NCBI GenBank assembly: GCA_014297435.1
Contig: JACOQA010000002.1
Coordinates: 160,001 to 224,000, forward strand
Origin: Candidatus Nanohaloarchaea archaeon
GTDB lineage: Archaea; Nanohalarchaeota; Nanosalinia; Nanosalinales; Nanosalinaceae
Direction of reading: 5' to 3'
DNA length: 64,000 nt
Position 1 is the first letter of the stretch. Every line of letters starts with the position of its first letter. The position numbers were made by a program, and so were the translations under genes. Under the pieces are notes generated by a model. That model was not told where the DNA came from. It did not search any database and was given only the letters and a program-made list of their open reading frames with translations. Below, in pieces: positions 38,108 to 48,083 of this stretch.

Positions 38108-38149
38108 GAAACAGAGGGTATTTGAGATTTTCAAGATAACTAATTCTAC

Positions 38150-39013
38150 ATGGAAAGACACGAAATCGCTGCAGAAAACTTTGATCTAGAGCTGACGATG
38201 ACATGCGGTCAGACCTTCTGCTGGCACCGAACCAAAGGAGATCTTTACGGAGAGGGTACTTCTAAGTTCTATACTTACAGGGATAAAAAGCCGATATTTG
38301 TAGAGCAGGAAGGAGATGTGATATTTGCTGAAACTGAACATTCGAAAGAAGAAGTGAAAAAGGCGCTTGGACTTCATAAAGACCTTGAATCTGTATTCTC
38401 TAACCTTCCAGAGGATGAAAGCCTTGAGAAAGCTAGGGAAGAGTACTGGGGTCTCAGAGTAGTCAATGATGATTTTTTCCAGTGTCTAATAGGTTATCTT
38501 TTGTCTCCGCAGAACAGGATTCCACGCATAAAGGAGATGTTTGATGAGATCGCCAGAAACTTTGGAAGCGTTGAACAGGTTAATGGTGAGGAGGTTCTGC
38601 GTTTCCCGACGCCAGAAGAACTGTCGAAAGCATCGGAGGATGATTTAAGAGCTATAGGAACAGGTTATAGAGCTAAATACATAGTTGAGACGCTGGATAT
38701 TCTTCAGGACGGCTTCGATCATAATGAGCTTGATTCGATGGATTATGTTGAAGCAAGAGAACACATGCAGAACCTTTACGGTGTTGGAGACAAGGTCGCG
38801 GACTGCGTACTACTGTTCTCGAAAGGTTTTCATGAGGCCGCACCAATTGACACGTGGGGTAAGAAATTCCTAGAACAGCTTTATCCTGAATTACATTCTG
38901 AGGACTACGAGGAGGCATCGGAAAACATGCGTGAACATTTCGGGGAACACACGGGTTACGCCCAAGAATATCTCTTCCACGCTGCAAGAAACGGGGTGAT
39001 TGAGGTAGAATGA
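38150..39013 (+). CDS. ogg: 8-oxoguanine DNA glycosylase (OGG1-type, HhH-GPD)
   Basis: CGQTFCW, GYRAKY, GVGDKVADC, PIDT, GYAQEYLF. Confidence 0.9.
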   Translation: MERHEIAAENFDLELTMTCGQTFCWHRTKGDLYGEGTSKFYTYRDKKPIFVEQEGDVIFAETEHSKEEVKKALGLHKDLESVFSNLPEDESLEKAREEYWGLRVVNDDFFQCLIGYLLSPQNRIPRIKEMFDEIARNFGSVEQVNGEEVLRFPTPEELSKASEDDLRAIGTGYRAKYIVETLDILQDGFDHNELDSMDYVEAREHMQNLYGVGDKVADCVLLFSKGFHEAAPIDTWGKKFLEQLYPELHSEDYEEASENMREHFGEHTGYAQEYLFHAARNGVIEVE

Positions 39014-39225
39014 TTGAGATAGAGTTTGTAAGAGATGATCTTGAATCCGAGAAGGAGAAAAATCTTGAGGTTGAGGAAGGTACTACGATCGAATATCTTC
39101 TGGAAGAAGAAGGTATCGAAGCCCAAGAGGTTCTAGTCGCGAAGAACGGCACAATAATATCTGGTAAACATGAATTAGAGGATGGAGATAGTTTGACTGT
39201 GATGGATGTTATCGCAGGCGGGTGA
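39010..39225 (+). CDS. Ubiquitin-like small archaeal modifier protein (SAMP/ThiS/MoaD)
   Basis: 71 aa beta-grasp pattern, KNG, C-terminal VIAGG. Confidence 0.88.
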   Translation: MIEIEFVRDDLESEKEKNLEVEEGTTIEYLLEEEGIEAQEVLVAKNGTIISGKHELEDGDSLTVMDVIAGG

Positions 39226-39258
39226 AGCTTTTATTGTCTAACGTTTAACGTGATACTG

Positions 39259-39585
39259 ATGGATTTCCTCGATACCGATGGGAAGGACGAGAAAGATATC
39301 ATATTCGAAGTCTTCGATCTCAACGGACTTCAGCGCTCTCTATTTAAAGAGATGAAGTCGGCAAAACTTACGGTAAAAGAACTTTCTAACCGGGTTGACC
39401 GGAACCGTTCAACAGTTCAGAGAGCCTTACAGGACATGATGGACAAAGACATCATTATGAGGGAGGGTAAAACTGATCGAACCGTGTACTATGTTTATAC
39501 TACTCTTCCGATGGAGGATATCCGTGAAGTCACCTTGGACGCTCTGGACTCCTGGCACCGGAACGTGAAGGAACGTTTAGGTTAG
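39259..39585 (+). CDS. HTH transcriptional regulator (TrmB-like)
   Basis: LTVKELSNRVDRNRSTVQRALQDM, YYVY wing. Confidence 0.85.
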   Translation: MDFLDTDGKDEKDIIFEVFDLNGLQRSLFKEMKSAKLTVKELSNRVDRNRSTVQRALQDMMDKDIIMREGKTDRTVYYVYTTLPMEDIREVTLDALDSWHRNVKERLG

Positions 39586-39878
39586 AACTTCCAGAAGAGG
39601 AACGCGAAATAGAGCAGCGTGACCACCTGACTTACAATAGGTAGAACAGCTTCAATACCATACCCCGCAAAGATGTTCAACAAACCAAGTCCGGTAACCA
39701 CGATAACAACGTTCTCCGAATAATCGATTAAACTATCTAAGTAGTAATCTAAGTCTTGGTTCTCTATTAATGTATCGACGCCTACAGCTACCAGAAAATA
39801 CTTCACGATTATAGTTGAGAATATCCAGGACTGTTCAACCCACTGGAATCCGAAACCGATTAGCTGATCGAGAACCAT
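39582..39878 (-). CDS. Small membrane protein
   Basis: About three hydrophobic segments. Confidence 0.65.
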   Translation of the reverse strand: MVLDQLIGFGFQWVEQSWIFSTIIVKYFLVAVGVDTLIENQDLDYYLDSLIDYSENVVIVVTGLGLLNIFAGYGIEAVLPIVSQVVTLLYFAFLFWKF

Positions 39879-39908
39879 AGATAAAAGATTAAGAAGTGAG
39901 GTTAAAAA

Positions 39909-40175
39909 TTATTCCTCGACTTCGTCGGTCTTGAAGTCCTTGATAATTACGATGTCGTCGACCGACTCAACCATCCTGTAAGGGATAACGACGTTGCGCG
40001 TACCGCCTACCTTCTGCGCTAGGTAAGAGCCTTTCTGCGCGCCGACAACAACCGCTCTAACAGCGAACTTGCCGAGGTTGATCTCTATATCTTTTAGCTT
40101 TCCGCAGTAGGAGCCACTCTTAGTGAAAACGTCTTTCTCCTCGATGTTCGAAAAGTCCAGGATGTTGTCAGCCAT
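39909..40175 (-). CDS. PRC-barrel protein (CdpB-like, possible cell-division role)
   Basis: KDVFTKSG.YCGKLKDIEI, VVIPYRMVESVDDIVII. Confidence 0.88.
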   Translation of the reverse strand: MADNILDFSNIEEKDVFTKSGSYCGKLKDIEINLGKFAVRAVVVGAQKGSYLAQKVGGTRNVVIPYRMVESVDDIVIIKDFKTDEVEE

Positions 40176-40279
40176 AGTTTTGAACCACTTTACAGTAAAT
40201 CCTGTTCTACAGAAACTTATATACCTTGTCTCCGTGACTACACTGAGCCAGTTTAATGAACTTCAGAAGACTCGAACCA

Positions 40280-40287
40280 TTTTAAAC
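40280..40287 (+). promoter_or_regulatory. TATA box of tRNA-Ser
   Basis: TTTTAAAC ~30-37 nt upstream of the mature 5' end. Confidence 0.5.
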
Positions 40288-40316
40288 AGTTGGAGTTGGT
40301 TTAGTTACTACAAGAA

Positions 40317-40405
40317 GTCAGGGTGGCGGAGTGGTCTAACGCGGTGGCTTGCTAAGCCATTGAGGGTATTACGCTCTCACCCGGGTTCAAATCCCGGCCC
40401 TGGCG
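40317..40405 (+). tRNA. tRNA-Ser(GCT)
   Basis: Acceptor GTCAGGG/CCCTGGC plus discriminator G, D-loop TGG, anticodon stem GTGGC/GCCAT with loop TT-GCT-AA, long variable arm, T-arm CCGGG-TTCAAAT-CCCGG; CCA not encoded. Confidence 0.95.
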
Positions 40406-41315
40406 TCCCACATTCTGCTTCAATCTCCAGTTCTTCGACTGCCGTTACAGCAGCTTGTCTTGCCGACTCCCTTGTAGATTCTTTGTTCCTCCATTTGCCG
40501 GGCTCATATTCCTTTGAATAGAAATTGTCGTATATGCTTCCATCCTCTCTTTGAGCGAATCTTACAGGGTACTCGGACTCTGCTAGTTCGGAGAAAGAGG
40601 TGAACTCGTCTCCGTGTTTTTCCTGGTTCTCAACTTGGCTTCGGTTAGGCATTTCAGGATCTGAGTAGAATTCAGTTGAATCAGGGAATCCTTCTGTTTC
40701 CTCAAATCTTTCTCTAAAAAGCGCTCTAATGTCCTCGCCACTTAGATCGATATTTTCTGGTCTTTTGTCAAAACGGTATCTTGCATTCTTCATGCCGTTG
40801 TAGCGTCTTTCAATCGCCCTTGAAGGAGCTTTGTTAATATTCTCCAATTTCTCTCTAGTGATTCTTTCTCCTTCTTCCAGTATCTCGTCTTTTATGACTT
40901 CTAGGCAGGCGTCGGTGTAACGTTTAGTCCATTTGAATTTTCTATCTTCGTACATCAGGTTTTGAACGTATGAAAGATGTATTCCGATGTTTTCTGCAGC
41001 TTCAGCATCCTATATCTGGTAGGTATGACCGTTTTCACCCCATCTTTCGATTATTCCTTCTTTGGCTAAGTAAGCTGCCGCTCTTCTCTCATCAGTTTCT
41101 TTCAGACTTATCCAGTTACTTCCATTTGATTTTTGGGCTACATGGTGGAAGCTATCTGCACGGTTAGCAAGAATCGATAGGTGTTGAGGGCTTTCAAACG
41201 CTAGTTCGACCGCTCTTTTTGCCAGTTCATCCTGTTCCTTAACCCAAACCTTTTCTTCATTCACAAGCAGCAAATAATCTTCAATTTTAAGTGTGTCAAT
41301 CTGTTAAAAACTCAT
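40377..41315 (-). pseudogene. Decayed gene with two in-frame stops; carries homing-endonuclease-associated-like repeats and overlaps the tRNA 3' end antisense
   Basis: ATG 41315, TAA 41304-41306, ORF 41273-41010, TAG 41010-41012, 18 sense codons and ORF 40955-40377 all lie in one frame. Confidence 0.7.
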
Positions 41316-41410
41316 GGTTTGCCTATCTGTAGAAAGGATTCCGGAAGTTCGCAGATGGACTATTGAGAGAATTCTATATACAGGCTTTAACCCGTTTTTA
41401 GATTGTGAAT

Positions 41411-41770
41411 CTAGTCTCTGGCTTTAGATATCAATATTTCTCTCTGAACGTGATATGACTCACGTCTAATCATAGTTATGTAGCTTACAACTCCGTAGAG
41501 GACAATTATGAGTGTTGTACCAAGGTATGACGCCATTCTTTGAAGAATTTTGGCCTGCGGGAGACCAAATGTTGCTGCAACAGAAGTGATTATTGAGGCA
41601 TAAAGGAGAGCTCTAAGAAAAGACTGAATGAGTTTGAAGTTTCTATAATATGCTAGAGAACGCTCATATCTTTCTAACTCCTTTCCATCCAGTTTGTCCT
41701 CTAGGAAATCTTTCACCTCTTTATCAGCTTTTCCAAGAGGAGTCAACTCGAAAAGGTAGTCCTTAATCAC
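41411..41770 (-). CDS. Small membrane protein (2 TM)
   Basis: Two hydrophobic segments. Confidence 0.7.
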   Translation of the reverse strand: MIKDYLFELTPLGKADKEVKDFLEDKLDGKELERYERSLAYYRNFKLIQSFLRALLYASIITSVAATFGLPQAKILQRMASYLGTTLIIVLYGVVSYITMIRRESYHVQREILISKARD

Positions 41771-41846
41771 AGAACTGGGTTCTGGTTCTAGCTTAAAATA
41801 ACGACCGCCATGAGATATTAAACATTCGTAGCTAGTAATCTATACT

Positions 41847-42971
41847 ATGAACAAGATAAAAGCAGCTTTGGCGGCGCTATCTCTCATAACTCTGGGGGTC
41901 GTGTTGGGAGGTACAGCGAGCTTCGTCCAGCTTCAGGGTCAGATAGACCAGCTCAACAGTTCGATTCAGGATAGAGAAACAAGGGTTGTAAGCGTACAGT
42001 ATTCTGGAGAGAGAGCTGTCAGCGAGATCTTTGATAGCGCAGATCAGTCGGTGGTTTCGATCGCAGCCTTTGGAGAACAGGACTCTCAGGGCTCAGGATT
42101 TGTCTACAGTAAGAATGGATATATAGTGACAAACCATCACGTCGTGGATGGAGCAAGCCAGATAGAAGTAACATTTACTGATGGATCGACCAAAAATGCA
42201 AGAATCGTCGGATCCGATCCCTATACTGATTTAGCAGTTCTAAAAGTGAAAAAAGAAGGTTTGAGACCTCTTGAGCTTGCGGACTCTTCAAATGTAACTG
42301 TCGGACGGAAAGCTATCGCTATCGGAAACCCATTCGGACTAAGAAGTTCTGTAACTCTTGGAATAATAAGCCAGAAGGGGAGAACACTAAGGACTTCTGA
42401 AGAGTTCTCTACTCCTAATGTTTTACAGACGGATGCAGCGATTAATCCAGGTAACTCGGGAGGTCCTCTAATGAACATAAATGGAGATGTTGTAGGCGTT
42501 AACACAGCGATAGAAAGTAGAACCGGAACTTTCTCAGGTGTCGGATTTGCAATACCTTCAAACACCGTAAAAACCGTAGTGCCTGAAATTATTGCAGAGG
42601 GAGACTACGAACATCCGTGGATAGGCGTCTCAGGCTTTGATCTAACTCCAGAACTTTCAAGGAGAATGGGGTTAAACACCACATCAGGTTTCCTTGTAAT
42701 TGATGTCGTGGATGATGGTCCGGCAGCAAAAGCTGGTGTATTGGAAGGAGGTACAACGATAGATTACAGAGGCAGAAAACTGGATATTGGAGGAGACGTA
42801 ATAGTAGGTATTGGCGATCAGAAAGCCAGGGGAATCAACGACATACTTCTGTATCTCTCAAGACAGACAGAAGTTGGGGATACTGTTAATCTTGAGATTA
42901 TAAGAGATGGTGAAAGAAAGACGGTTTCACTCACTTTGGATCAGAGGCCTGAAGCGAACGTTCTTGACTAA
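41847..42971 (+). CDS. htrA: HtrA/DegP-family serine protease with PDZ domain
   Basis: GSGF, TNHHV, DLAVL, GNPFG, INPGNSGGPL, C-terminal PDZ; N-terminal TM. Confidence 0.95.
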   Translation: MNKIKAALAALSLITLGVVLGGTASFVQLQGQIDQLNSSIQDRETRVVSVQYSGERAVSEIFDSADQSVVSIAAFGEQDSQGSGFVYSKNGYIVTNHHVVDGASQIEVTFTDGSTKNARIVGSDPYTDLAVLKVKKEGLRPLELADSSNVTVGRKAIAIGNPFGLRSSVTLGIISQKGRTLRTSEEFSTPNVLQTDAAINPGNSGGPLMNINGDVVGVNTAIESRTGTFSGVGFAIPSNTVKTVVPEIIAEGDYEHPWIGVSGFDLTPELSRRMGLNTTSGFLVIDVVDDGPAAKAGVLEGGTTIDYRGRKLDIGGDVIVGIGDQKARGINDILLYLSRQTEVGDTVNLEIIRDGERKTVSLTLDQRPEANVLD

Positions 42972-43948
42972 GGAGAGTACCTGAGTAGGGCTGCTATGCC
43001 TCCAAAGTTTTCTATTCTTTCGCCAGCCTCGTGATCTGTATGTACTAGAACTGTTTCTCCGCCTTGCCTCTCGACCTGTTTTTTTAGCTCAGAGTTCTCT
43101 CTGTTCTGTTCAGGCGTTATTAGCAGTTTCTTAACAGCGCCCATTTCTGCCAGATTTTTCACCGGTTCGCCGTAGCTTGCGTCTCCTTCTTTCTCCAGTT
43201 CCTCAAGAAAGCTTTCTACAGCTTTTGATTCCTCTGATATTCTAGATTCCTCGACTACTTTCTCGAGAGCTCCGCGTTTTATTGCTTCGTGAAGCCCAGT
43301 CTTTCCGGTAACCGAAGTATCTTGTAGGAAGGTTTTTTGCTGAAGATCTTCGCTCAGAAGGTTGTAAACTTTGTTCTTCTGCATTCCTGGACCGCATAGA
43401 ATCAGGTTGTCTTTGTCTGTACGTTCAAGCACGTTCCTGACTTTCTCGTAGAAATCTTCTCCTGTTTTCTGGTCGGCATACATCTTGCCAGGAATGTTCT
43501 CCTCGACCTTGGAAAGATCTCTTATACCTGATTCTTCCACTATGAAGAAGTCTGCGGAACCCTTCTCTACAAGACAGAAAAGAACAGAGTACGAACGTTT
43601 CTCTTCCCATTCTTCCAGTTTCTTCCAGTCCTCTTTGGTAAACTCGCGTTCGATTTCGAATGTTGATCCGGCTTCAAGATTGAAGGTGTGGTAGCCGAGC
43701 TCTATATCGTCCGCACCTTTAGTTATCTCTCCCGTAACTCTCAAACGGTCGTTTTCGTAAGCAGTCTTCTCAACTTCTAATGTTAAGGTACAAGTCTTCT
43801 TTTCCCGTCCATCAAGCTTGGTTCTCTGTGTTAAAGACCTTACAAGGTCTCCTTTGCGTATAAAGTCTTTCAGCCTCCAGAGATCGTCGTCATTCTCTAT
43901 CTCTATCTCGGCGTATCCTGAGTTCCGATCTGTTTTGAGTAGCTTCAT
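42968..43948 (-). CDS. pelA: Pelota (mRNA surveillance/ribosome rescue)
   Basis: DDLW, RLRVTG, YHT, GPG, FGGIAALLRY. Confidence 0.95.
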   Translation of the reverse strand: MKLLKTDRNSGYAEIEIENDDDLWRLKDFIRKGDLVRSLTQRTKLDGREKKTCTLTLEVEKTAYENDRLRVTGEITKGADDIELGYHTFNLEAGSTFEIEREFTKEDWKKLEEWEEKRSYSVLFCLVEKGSADFFIVEESGIRDLSKVEENIPGKMYADQKTGEDFYEKVRNVLERTDKDNLILCGPGMQKNKVYNLLSEDLQQKTFLQDTSVTGKTGLHEAIKRGALEKVVEESRISEESKAVESFLEELEKEGDASYGEPVKNLAEMGAVKKLLITPEQNRENSELKKQVERQGGETVLVHTDHEAGERIENFGGIAALLRYSP

Positions 43949-44002
43949 AGGGACGTAACTGCTACCTACAAATAAAAACCTCCAGTCGATACCATAATTA
44001 TT

Positions 44003-45133
44003 ATGGAGGAGAAGTTTGGCGCCGTCCTCGCCGCAGGACTTGCAGTCTTCGGTCTAATGTTCGTACTAAACCAGGGAGGCTTAGACCTCAACCAGCAACA
44101 GGAGATGGACAGACAAGTATTTCTTGATAAGAACATAGGTCAAGTAGGCAAGTCCAATCCGGACCGAAGAACTATCGATTTCGGAAGTTTCACGGTAGGT
44201 GAAACAAGAGGAGACATCCAAGGTTATTACAATGAGAAAGCAAGTATAAGCGACTCTCTATTTGGCGGAGAGAGCATAAAGTTTTCTTACAAGGCAGAAC
44301 AACCATTAGAAGGCAACATAACCTTTGAGGTTCTCGGAAGAAGCGGTAAAGGTTCTGTATGGGTAAAAGCAAACGGCAAAAAAGTATTTGAGGAGCCTTT
44401 AATCTCTACTTCAAGACCTCAAGTAAGCATACCTCAGGAAAGAATCAAACGTGGAGAAAACGACTTTGAGATTGGTGTTAAGAGACCAGGTATTTTCTCA
44501 AGCTCTTCCTACACTCTTGAAGAAGTCGAACTAAGGGTTAACGATCGAAAGTTCCACGATTTCGAAGAAACCTTTAATCTTTACGGATACGAGCTATCAG
44601 ACTATATTGCAAGCCCTCTAAGCTTTTCTATATCGGACTCGATTAAGACTGCACCTCTAAGAATCTACGTGAATGGCGAGCAGATCTACTCGAAGCAGCA
44701 GGTAAGGGTTTCAGCTGAAGAGGTAAAGGTGACGCCGCAGAACTCAAATATTCATCCTGGAGCCAACTCTATCACTTTCGAAACAGATCAGCCCGCAAAA
44801 TACTCTATCGGAAGCGCAGATCTAACAGTAAGATACTTAGGAAATGTAGCACAGCAAGAGATAGTCGACTATTTTGAGGCAAACGAACAATTTGCTTCCC
44901 GTGAGGACACAACAGAGAAGATCAGCTTCGACTATCAAAATCTCTTACCTTCGCCAAGACCTCTTAGAATCGAACTTAACGACTTTAACACAACTTTGAC
45001 GCCAGACAACACAGTCAACAACATCACCCTGCCTGAAGATACAATCAATAGACACAATCAAATCAGGTTGAACAGTAACGGGACTTACAAAATCGATTCT
45101 TTAAAGGTCATATCCGAGAAGCAAGAGGAATAG
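44003..45133 (+). CDS. Membrane-anchored beta-rich hypothetical protein
   Basis: N-terminal TM; repeated ...V.[AV]NG..[VI][FY]...G.N motifs. Confidence 0.8.
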   Translation: MEEKFGAVLAAGLAVFGLMFVLNQGGLDLNQQQEMDRQVFLDKNIGQVGKSNPDRRTIDFGSFTVGETRGDIQGYYNEKASISDSLFGGESIKFSYKAEQPLEGNITFEVLGRSGKGSVWVKANGKKVFEEPLISTSRPQVSIPQERIKRGENDFEIGVKRPGIFSSSSYTLEEVELRVNDRKFHDFEETFNLYGYELSDYIASPLSFSISDSIKTAPLRIYVNGEQIYSKQQVRVSAEEVKVTPQNSNIHPGANSITFETDQPAKYSIGSADLTVRYLGNVAQQEIVDYFEANEQFASREDTTEKISFDYQNLLPSPRPLRIELNDFNTTLTPDNTVNNITLPEDTINRHNQIRLNSNGTYKIDSLKVISEKQEE

Positions 45134-45136
45134 AAA

Positions 45137-47275
45137 ATGGGCGCGATAGACTTTATCAAGAATAGAATAGTTTATCTTGCCTGGTCTATCGCAGGTTCTG
45201 CCGTACCTTATGCATTTGACACCGAAATTATTGGTATAGCTGCCTCTAAAATTGATGCTTTGGAATCTCTGCCGGGGGTAGAGCCTATAAATACAGAAGA
45301 ACTTGGTTTAAAACACTACCTCTACATAATTATGCCTATTTTGTTGGATAGGGAGGTTTTCAAGTTCTTTGGAATTGACCTCTTTGAGGGCACCTACATC
45401 AACAGCGGAACGCCTTCTCTAGATCCTATGTATGATAGAAGCTCTGGCGAGATAAACAGAAGAGGTCGTGGTAGATCATCGGGTGAAGACTCTGATCGCG
45501 GTCTGGTAGGTAAGTTTCTTTCAGGAATCTTCGGTTTCATCTTTAGCACTAAAGGTATGATTTTAGTTATACCTTTGATGTTGGTCGGAGGGCTTCTTGC
45601 TACAGGTTACGGTGCTTATGCGGGAGTGGCTGCAGATCAGGCTCTTGCAGGTTCAGGTCCTACTGAAGTTATAGAGGACACAGCTTCGACATTTTCAGAG
45701 GCAAAACAGCGAGTAATGTGTCTTTTCCAGGGTCCAGAATGCCTCAGACAGTGGAGGCTGAACAACACTAAAAGGCCTGACGCTAACGATGTCGGTGAGA
45801 ACTATGGGTTGAAGATAAAGGAGTTCCGGTTAGGCTCTGGCTCCCAGCTCGATATAGCGTTCAAGAACAAAAATTACAAGATGCCTCTATCATTCAGAAT
45901 AAGAAATACCCGCCATGGTCTAAAAGGGATCAATGCTAGAGATGTAGAATACAAGATAGAGGTGGTTGATTACGAACACGATACACAGAACCCTTTCTGT
46001 GAAACTGAATGGGTTAAAATAAACGGTTACGATGTCGATGATGACGGAGATGACTATGATCTCTATCCGGGAACCTCTGCCGCAACAGGTTATAAGACAT
46101 TGAATTCATTATCTCTTGAAAACTGTCATATGCTTTCACCTGGAGCAGGACAACAGAAAACAGTTAACCTCTATCTAAGATATGATTACTTCTCTCAGGC
46201 GACCTTGTACTTCGATGCGATGTCAAGGCAGTACAAGAATTCGGAGAACATCGAGATAAGCACAAAACCTTCGGAAACTGCCGATACACCTGTTGAAGCA
46301 ATATTAAATGTTGACTCGCCGGCAGTGTTTAATGAAGAAACGCTTAATTCTCAGCCTTTGGCTGTGAGAGCCACTTTGACCACAGAAGAAAGCGATGTTG
46401 AATACCAGGTCAGAGATTACGAGGTAACTGACTCGGAGAAGACCTGCGTGCCAGGAGAAGGAAACTGTGAGACAACATCGGGAATAGATTCAAATTCCTG
46501 CGCCCTCACCAGGGAGGGAGGATCAAACAAGTATGAGCTAAAGAGTGAAGCTAAGAAACGCCTTATAGCCGGATCTGGTGGTGGTGCGGATGATGCCATA
46601 CCTGGAGATTACTGGTTCTCGGAAGATCGTCCTCCGGAACTCTTTGGATGTCTCTTCAGCTTAGAAGATGTTCAAAGCATAAATCCTGCCGGTGAAACAC
46701 TTACAATGGGAATAGAAGCTAATTATACGGTGAAGAAGACTGAGTCTATCGATTCTTTCAAAGTTCTCAACTCTCAGTGCCGGAAGATAAACTGCCCAAT
46801 AATCCGACCTGTCGAAAATAATCTTGAAGGCGTGGTAACCTCCAGCATTGGTCAAGATCAGGAGTACTGGACGAAGAGAAGCGCTATGTGTGATGGTTTA
46901 GATGCGGGTGATGGATGCAAGGTTGTGGAGTCCTACCAGCCTAGCTACGATAATTTAGGGGCTAAACCTACCGTAGATCAAGGTGAGATAGCAGTAAGAG
47001 TTTCATCAGGTAACCCTGATTGGTTCTCCTGCGAAATAAAAAATGGCGAAGTCCAGCCAGAGTATGGAAATATCGCAGGTTTCGATGAGAACCGTCTAGA
47101 ATCTGTGTTTAATGGAGATATGGTTTTCGATTGGACCCAAACGGGGTGGCAGATAACTCGTGGCAGAGCCATATGTCCGAAGAAGTCTGAAGGCTCCTCT
47201 TCAACATGTGACGAGGACGAGGTAAAGACCCAGAGCGGAGAATGTGTCCTCGTGCCAAGTAGAGGCGTATATTAA
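45137..47275 (+). CDS. Large membrane-anchored Cys-rich surface protein
   Basis: Internal TM near residues 125-165; multiple Cys; shares YxY and ANY motifs with the downstream lipoproteins. Confidence 0.8.
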   Translation: MGAIDFIKNRIVYLAWSIAGSAVPYAFDTEIIGIAASKIDALESLPGVEPINTEELGLKHYLYIIMPILLDREVFKFFGIDLFEGTYINSGTPSLDPMYDRSSGEINRRGRGRSSGEDSDRGLVGKFLSGIFGFIFSTKGMILVIPLMLVGGLLATGYGAYAGVAADQALAGSGPTEVIEDTASTFSEAKQRVMCLFQGPECLRQWRLNNTKRPDANDVGENYGLKIKEFRLGSGSQLDIAFKNKNYKMPLSFRIRNTRHGLKGINARDVEYKIEVVDYEHDTQNPFCETEWVKINGYDVDDDGDDYDLYPGTSAATGYKTLNSLSLENCHMLSPGAGQQKTVNLYLRYDYFSQATLYFDAMSRQYKNSENIEISTKPSETADTPVEAILNVDSPAVFNEETLNSQPLAVRATLTTEESDVEYQVRDYEVTDSEKTCVPGEGNCETTSGIDSNSCALTREGGSNKYELKSEAKKRLIAGSGGGADDAIPGDYWFSEDRPPELFGCLFSLEDVQSINPAGETLTMGIEANYTVKKTESIDSFKVLNSQCRKINCPIIRPVENNLEGVVTSSIGQDQEYWTKRSAMCDGLDAGDGCKVVESYQPSYDNLGAKPTVDQGEIAVRVSSGNPDWFSCEIKNGEVQPEYGNIAGFDENRLESVFNGDMVFDWTQTGWQITRGRAICPKKSEGSSSTCDEDEVKTQSGECVLVPSRGVY

Positions 47276-48078
47276 GCTGTTGTCAGTGTGAGAATGTTCC
47301 TAGTGGCGATTGCAAAGCCGAGTAAAGCTATCAAGAAGAGATAGTACTTTCTCTCCTCTCCCTCTATATTCCTATCTATGTAAAGCACAGCAGGTATTAT
47401 GATTAATCCTTTCATAACGAACATTCCTGCCGGACCTATTAGATCTATGAAAAATCTTCCGAGAACATGTTTCTCAACGGCAATATCAAGTCCTACGCCG
47501 ACAGCAGTGATTGTCGCATCAAAGAAGTGAGCTGCAACAGGCAAAACGAAGCCGTATTTCAAAAGCTCCGGTTTGAAGCGTTCAAGTAAAATAAATCCGG
47601 TAAGCAACCAAGCGAGAGATATCCCGGCAGTCCACAGAAGAATACCTAAGTTGGCTATGGAGTAGAAAGTGAGAAGGAACCCCAAAGTCGCTATCCCGAC
47701 AATTGAAAACGGTTTGAAATAGTCTATACCGGTTTTTCTCTGTAGCCCTAGCGAAATCAGAAGCACTGAGACTGTGAATCCGAACATCAGTATGTAGATG
47801 AAAGGTGTTTCAAGCAGAACAGTGTTTACTGCGTTAATATCTTTTAGAGATCTGAGGGCGCCGCCAAGAAATATATAAGGAGTTATGCCGATTATAAAGC
47901 CTCTGTCGATACTGATATCGAGCTTTTTGAGCAGAGGCAATCCAATGTATGCCGCGGCTAGGGCGAAAAGAGCTGAATATACTGCGGTGTTGAAGGGATT
48001 GTAGAAAACCGACTCGTTAGCCACAGGTCTCCAGAACTTGTCGATTAGAAAGCTTTTAACCCCTCCAAGAGAACTCAT
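47272..48078 (-). CDS. DUF63-family membrane protein
   Basis: YNPFNT, GGALRSL, AHFFDA, EKHV. Confidence 0.85.
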   Translation of the reverse strand: MSSLGGVKSFLIDKFWRPVANESVFYNPFNTAVYSALFALAAAYIGLPLLKKLDISIDRGFIIGITPYIFLGGALRSLKDINAVNTVLLETPFIYILMFGFTVSVLLISLGLQRKTGIDYFKPFSIVGIATLGFLLTFYSIANLGILLWTAGISLAWLLTGFILLERFKPELLKYGFVLPVAAHFFDATITAVGVGLDIAVEKHVLGRFFIDLIGPAGMFVMKGLIIIPAVLYIDRNIEGEERKYYLFLIALLGFAIATRNILTLTTA

Positions 48079-48083
48079 TAATT

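Noticed and set aside
40123-40521. 132-aa plus-strand ORF
   Set aside because: Spans the tRNA and is antisense to real genes; spurious.
41010-41012. TAG read-through (pyrrolysine or recoding)
   Set aside because: TAG is used as a normal stop in many genes here, and the same frame also has a TAA.
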